Assembly: GCA_031835245.2 (NCBI GenBank)
Contig: JAVKOQ020000095.1
Coordinates: forward strand, 124,001-179,450
DNA length: 55,450 nt
Direction: 5' to 3'
DNA from: Balamuthia mandrillaris
Taxonomy: Eukaryota
Under the pieces are notes generated by a model. The model had not been told where the DNA came from and made no database searches. It saw only the letters and a program-made list of their open reading frames with translations. A program made the position numbers and the translations under genes. This document shows positions 49,850 through 55,450 of this stretch, piece by piece (position 1 is the stretch's first letter; the number at the start of each line of letters is the position of its first letter).

Positions 49850-49925
49850 TAAGGTGGTAGTGGCAGTGGTTGGTGAGCTTGGATGCAGGAATCATAAATA
49901 CACTTGCCTCAGCTTCCACTCATTT
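49840..49925 (+). repeat. Imperfect direct repeat, copy B
   Basis: CGTCTACTGATAAG.GTGGTAGTGGCAGTGGTTGGTGAGCTTGGATGCAGGAATCATAAATACACTTGCCTCAG matches copy A at 47794. Confidence 0.85.
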
Positions 49926-50228
49926 ATCAGTATGCTTCTTCGAGCAGTTGGTTGACGCTCTCAAAATACTAAACTGGCCGCTCTTTGTTCCCGCCAACAC
50001 AAGACATTCTCCCAAGTCTGCGAAGCGGTGGGGAACTGAATGGTCCTGCTGCGAATAAACTTTGGTTGCTCGTCGTTCACCTTTTATTGAGCAACAGCCT
50101 TGTTTCCATTGATCGGCCTGATTGCCGCCTCTGCTGGAACTTTGAAATTGAAATATAAAAATTTAGGGTTGGCAACTTGCTGGTTCCTCTTCATAAAACA
50201 ATCGAGCGAGCGCACAATCGATAACAAC

Positions 50229-50673
50229 ATGGAGGGAGAGCAGAAACGACAGCTCTCCATTTCGATGGAGGACTTTTGGAAGTTCAAAAAGCAAAGTTTT
50301 GAAGCGAGTAGCCAGGCCCAGGAGATAACTTCCCTCAGAGAAGAGAACGCCAGTCTCCGCAAAGAACTCGAGAGGGGTCCTGATATTGTTATCCGTATCA
50401 GAGGTGTGCCCAACCTATCCATGGACGGGCTTACGGTAGAAATATACCGAGAAGACAGTAAGGCTAGCCCTGCAGAAGAAATAGAGAGTTTGTACGTGGT
50501 TTCTTCTGATAGACTTGCTTGTTTATTCTCTGCATTGATAAATGTGCTTATTTTTTGACTTACCAGAAAACTCGCCTGAAAACTGCTTTACGCTGCTCAT
50601 CAGTAGTACTGTGTGCGATGTGTATGCATATCTCCTGGACACCTTGGAGGGGTGCAGGCAGACATTCTTATAA
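50229..50673 (+). CDS. Small hypothetical protein (~120 aa, two exons, short coiled coil)
   Basis: MEGEQKRQ...EITSLREENASLRKELE... A phase-1 GT-AG intron (~50488-50566) continues to ...EGCRQTFL*. No family recognised. Confidence 0.35.
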
Positions 50674-50958
50674 ATTGCAACTTTCCCTATTGTTCCACCC
50701 CTTTGAGAGTGAACACTTTTTTCCCTATTGTTGCACCCCTTTGCTATCGGTGTTCCACTCTCTGGCTTGGATGCTGAGAGACTGGCTCTTGTTTGTCCTT
50801 CCGACCACGGAACTTCATCTGGAATCCAGTGGCGCCTCTGCCCGCTGCCAGGTTGGTTTTCACGCCGTTGCGCACAAGGGAAATTTTTCAAGGAAAATGT
50901 TAGAGGCCACCTCATCGCCTTTCGTTTCCTTTATTTTCCTTGTAGGTCTTATAATCAA

Positions 50959-53194
50959 TTATGTACAGGCAGGATATTTATCTTGGAGGCGAGAGGCAAG
51001 CCTCCGAAGTTGCTCCATGGCGAGGGCCTCGTCCTCCATGTGAGCCCACTGTACGATGTGCCGCAGTAGCTCTGGAAAGTTGATCTCCTCGTCCTCTTTG
51101 ATCATTGCTGATGATGAAGACGAGGATGACGATGATGCTGTTGATGATGACTTCCCTTTGGTGAAGGAAGTTGTGTGGTGATGGTGATGATTAGATGAAG
51201 AGGAAGAGGTTTCGTCGTTCTCGCGACCTTGGTCAGTACTGTTGGTTGCTCCGCTGCTGCTGGAAGGTCTGTTGCCTGCTGTCAGCTCGGGCACTCCGCT
51301 TGCCTTTGCCAAGTGTCGCTTTATGGAGTCCGAGATGAGTTGCATCCAGTAGCTCTTATCCACGGATAGCAAAGTGTACTCTTTGGCTGGTGAGTTGAGG
51401 CGAAATGCATGCCTGAAATCCGCTAAAAGAGGAACAAGAGAAAAGAGAAGGAGAGGGAAGATGAGACAGGGAAAACTTGAGGTGCTGATGGTGCTCAATG
51501 GTGGACGTATAAAACATACCAAGCGAATCATTAGCAAGACCGACCTGAAGAGTTTCGAGGGGTTCCAAAAAGTCGATCTTGTAACCCCTTGCCTTCTTTT
51601 TGAGATGGACGCACAAAAGCACGTCGTTGAACAGGAACATATGCCTTTCTCTGTGCGTCCGTCCCACTACCAGGATCACATCCCCTTCGTACACAAACCT
51701 GCGGTGAGGCCGTGCTAAGCTTGTGAACTGAAGGTAATGAACAATCGTTGTACGTCAATCATTTGATATGAGAGAGAATTGAACAACTAACAGTACCTCT
51801 CCTAGCAACTGGCTTTGAATGCTTATTACTTTATCAATGTTCTTTCGCTGATTTGCTAATTTGTCAGCATGGTCTGCCGCCTCTCGTAAAAGCTTCAAAG
51901 CTAAAGAACGTGATCACCAATAAAGCCCAATGAGCAAGGAAGAAACAAGAAGAAAGAAATGGGGGAACAAAGGGTGATCCTAAACGCACCAGCATTAAGA
52001 TTGTCATGATCAGGGTGATCGGGTGGCGTCTCGGCTGTTAAATCCTGTATAGCACCAAATCCAGCGAAGGCGTTTGTTACGGATTCGTTTGAGATTCAAA
52101 AAAGCCAATGGAAGAAAGGATGAGAACCTTGAGAAGAAAGTCATAGGCTATCATACGCTGTATGGGCAAGTAGAGAAAGTTTAAAAAGTTGTTACAATAG
52201 GTAGGAGGAGAGGTGGAGTTCGTTGGTCGTTCTTCCTCGCTGCGCTTCCGTGCCACTGTCTACAACCAAGAGTCAGCAAAGCTACTATACGCCACGTACA
52301 TACACACACAGCAAGTGTACACCCACTCGCCCAACAAAAGCAAGCATACCTCAAGGAAGGTGGCGAATTCCTTGTTCTTTTTACACTTTTCGTAGGCTTC
52401 CATTGCGTGTGCATAGTTCTCATTATACTGAGCATACAACTGACGAAGCATTGGGATCTATAATTCCAACAACACGGTTTCAGCACTCGAACACTTGCAA
52501 AAGAAAGTCATTTGCAACAGCACCATAATAGCCGTACCATTTCCATGAAGAGCTTCCCAAACTCACAGTCATCCTCAAGCAGGCCTTCCATTTCTTCCAG
52601 AAATTGCTCGTTCCAGTTGCGAATGAGCTCCAGGTTACAAAGTATGTCCTGAAGGTCTTCGGAGGGGATGATCTTCTTGTCTCTCAGCGGGATCACGTAG
52701 TCCTTCAGGAAGGTGTTCAAGTTCCTCACATGAGCCCGCTCCGACTGAAGCAGCTCGTTCACCAGTTGTTCTCTCTTCCCTCGTCCCGTGGTGGAGGATG
52801 CGGTAGTGCTTGTCGATGAGGTTATTGTTGAGGTGGGGGGCGTGGTGGTGGTGCTTTTGCCTCCTCCTCCCTTTTCCCGATGCGTTTTCTTCTCTTTGCT
52901 CTTGCCCTTCTTCTTATTACTGCTGCTTTTGCTACCTTCCTCCTCGGTCGCAGTTCTGTCTTTGTCAAGGTTGGTCGTCGTCCTAACGGCTCCTCCTCCC
53001 TGCTGTTGTGACGGTAGCTGCTGCGTCTTATCTTTGGTGGTGCTCCTCTTTTTGGTCTGTTTACTATGGCCACTGCCACTACTACCGCCGCTGCCGTCCT
53101 TCTGATCCTCCTCTTTCTCTTTGTCTTTGGAATGATGGTGGTGCGGCCGAACCTGCTTAACACCGCCGCCGCCGCCGCTACTTGTTCCTTCCAT
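50959..53194 (-). CDS. Dbl-family RhoGEF (DH-PH); multi-exon
   Basis: REQLVNELLQSERAHVRNL, LYAQYNENY, FLYLPIQRMIAYDFLLK|DLTAETPPDHPDH, and PH RRFVYEG...RHMFLFNDVLLC. Confidence 0.9.
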
Positions 53195-53417
53195 TCTTCT
53201 TCTTTTTTTGGGCCCTCCCCCCTCCCCACACACACACACACACACACACCAAGAAGAGGTCGCCTCACTGCTCGTGGTGGTGGCCTTACCTCCTTTTTCG
53301 CCTTTTATTTTTGTTTCATATATTTTTTTGTGGTTATTTTGGGGGGCAAGGCTAACCCTAACTATATCGAACTAACCCTAACCCTTGTTTGTGTAGTTTT
53401 TTTTTTTCCACCAAAGC

Positions 53418-55445
53418 TCACCCTGATGGAGCGCTGCGCAACGGGGTTACCTCTGCTTCTTCGTTTGGTTGGAGATGATCCAAGGGGAGAGTTTGGCCGG
53501 TGGCACGCCCCACAAACAGCGACTTGAACACAGGTGTTGTCAGGATCAAAGAAAAAGAAAGGAATGGAAGGAAAAAAGGGACGCCGACATTACCTTGATG
53601 GGCGAGAGGACATTGGTCAAGGTGATGCCTGCGCTTCTGGCGAATGCCAAAGGAACAGAGTTGGTCTCAAAGATCCGTTTGATGGCGTCAAGAGCCAACA
53701 GCATGGACAGGTTCTGGTTTTTCCGTTCGTCTTCATACTCTTGCAGCACAGTCTGATCTCCCACATCACGTCCCGATTCAACAGCGTGAGCAAGGGCTTT
53801 GCTCAGGCTCACAACGTCAGCAAAACCTAAGTTGACTCCTTGCCCTGCTAATGGATGCACACAGTGGGCCGCATCGCTGTTCAAATAGCTGTCAGCAAAT
53901 GGAAGTCTGGAGAGAGAACGGAAGGGGGAGAGAAGATGAGAAGAGCAAAAGATGTACCCGATGAGCGCCAGACGCGGACGAATGTACTTGTTGGCGTGCA
54001 TAAATTTCAAAGGGAAGGCGGCGCGCTTGCCGGTGAGTGAAATAGCAAGAGGAGGGCAGGGCGGAGGAGCTGAACCCGAAAGTGGAATAGTATTCGGTAA
54101 TATGCTACGCAGAGGCTCTGTAAGATAGGATAGAGGAGAGAGTGGGGTCGATTCTGGAGGAGCATGAAAAGCATGGTTTAGCGCATCGATGAATTCATTT
54201 TCAGGCATCCGTAGAAGCTCCTCGCTATGTGGCATGCTTGTAGACCACACAATCGATGCGTTGTCTGCAAACATCTGATAATTGAATGTGTTACATAAAA
54301 CAAAGAGGGAGATAAGATTCGAGCGGGAATACTTACAGGAAGCATAGCAACGGGTCCTGATGCAAGAAACCGCTGCCAGGCAGTGGAAGTGTGCTGGTTT
54401 AACGCAATAGAAGCCACGACCCCTCGTTGCGAGTAATCAAAACCAAAGGTAGGGAAGCGAGCAACAGTCTTGCGGATCTTTGACTGAGCTCCATCAGCGC
54501 CAACCAAAAGGCGTGTTTTCAACTGTTTGCCGTCTTTCAAGCGCAATCTCGTAAGCGGTATTCTCTTTGTCCAATCGGTCACTGTGGCCTTTCCTTGTTG
54601 GTCCTTTGCTTGCTCATCTTCATCTTGCTGGATGGTATCCAGTGCTCCAGCTATGACCTTCACAGAGGGAAGGGACTTCAGCCTCTGAAAAAGGGCAGAG
54701 ACAACCAGCTTGTTCTCAACGATATAGCCAAGGGCGTCCGTGCCTACCTCCTCTGCATTAAAGTTGAGCTGCGCAGTGTTCGTAGCGTCCCAGACCTTCA
54801 TAGCGTCGTAGGGTGTGGCTCTGTGACTGTTGGCTATGCTGTCCCACGCTCCCAATGCTGTGTTGAACGTCCGTATGTGAGCAACCATAGTACAGCAAAC
54901 GCAGCGGCAAGCAAGCACGCTTCCCCCAATAGGTAAAAAAGTGAAGTAAAAAACCAAAACAAACCATGAAGGAAGCGTACAGAGCCTGGACTAAGTGCGC
55001 TCACTCTTATGTCGGGAAAGGGAGGCAATGGCTCCGCAGTAACATCCGGTATTGCCGCACTTTCCACCAGTGCTACCCGTTGGTACTTTGTTAGGGGAGA
55101 GGTCGCTGCCGTTTTAAAAAGGTTAGGCCGGGCATTGGTTCCTAGTTCCCAAATGGAAACACAGTTGCACAAACATACCGATAGCACACGCTAGTGCTGT
55201 TCCTACCATTCCTCCACCAACCACCACCACGTCGTAGTCCTCTTCTCCTCCGTCACTTCCTGTTTGCGTCGAGAGGTAGCGTGTAGCGGGGCCAAGCGCA
55301 GAACTACCGTTTCGCGGCCACGACCGACTTTTTGGTTCGTCAAGGGGCGATACAGTTAATAATAGGCACTGAGCAGGGTAGGTGCCACAACAAACCTTGA
55401 AATAGAGGGTATCAGCAGCCTCGCCTTGCTGCCTCTTGGTAGCAT
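53418..55445 (-). CDS. COQ6: Ubiquinone biosynthesis FAD monooxygenase, mitochondrial; multi-exon
   Basis: An Arg/Ser-rich presequence from ATG 55445, then DYDVVVVGGGMVGTALAC, RVSALSPGS, LVGADGAQSKIR, AWQRFLASGPVAMLP and DAAHCVHPLAGQGVNLGFADV. Last exon ends in TGA at 53418. Confidence 0.95.
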
Positions 55446-55450
55446 CCTAA

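Noticed and set aside
37368..53194. Functional cluster of G-beta, DOCK GEF and RhoGEFs
   Set aside because: Rho GEFs are very numerous in amoebae and adjacency alone is not evidence of co-regulation. Synteny data would be needed.

Overview
Intron-rich eukaryotic nuclear DNA from a gene-dense protist. It has short GT-AG introns with CTAAC-type branch points and (CT)n tracts, and poly-Ser/Glu/Gln proteins. The gene set suggests an amoebozoan such as Balamuthia or Acanthamoeba (inference, not verified). Most ORF-track entries are exon fragments or microsatellite artefacts, so genes were rebuilt by hand from splice sites. In order: Dbl RhoGEF (5' truncated), PARP6/8-like mono-ADP-ribosyltransferase with a UBA domain, small Lys-rich protein, MIT-domain protein, Cys-rich EGF-type membrane protein, GDP-sugar transporter, UBAP2/GIP1-like protein, ~970-aa orphan, PP4R1, a degenerate fragment, TFIIIC subunit 6, FAM133, a WWE-BRCT-tandem beta-barrel protein, a SAM/PHear/GlfB-C-like protein, G-protein beta, a Zizimin/DOCK GEF, a kinase pseudogene, a small hypothetical gene, a second RhoGEF and COQ6. 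Best leads: (1) two decayed, complementary copies (28.6-29.1 kb, minus; 48.4-49.85 kb, plus) of one dispersed family, which together suggest an NTD + REase-like + kinase + D-box parent; the second copy sits between ~90-bp direct repeats of the DOCK 3' end; (2) a candidate ADP-ribose reader with WWE + BRCT + two avidin/calycin-like barrels; (3) a SAM domain apparently inserted into a NECAP PHear fold; (4) two candidate structured intergenic elements. All family calls come from motif recognition, not database searches.
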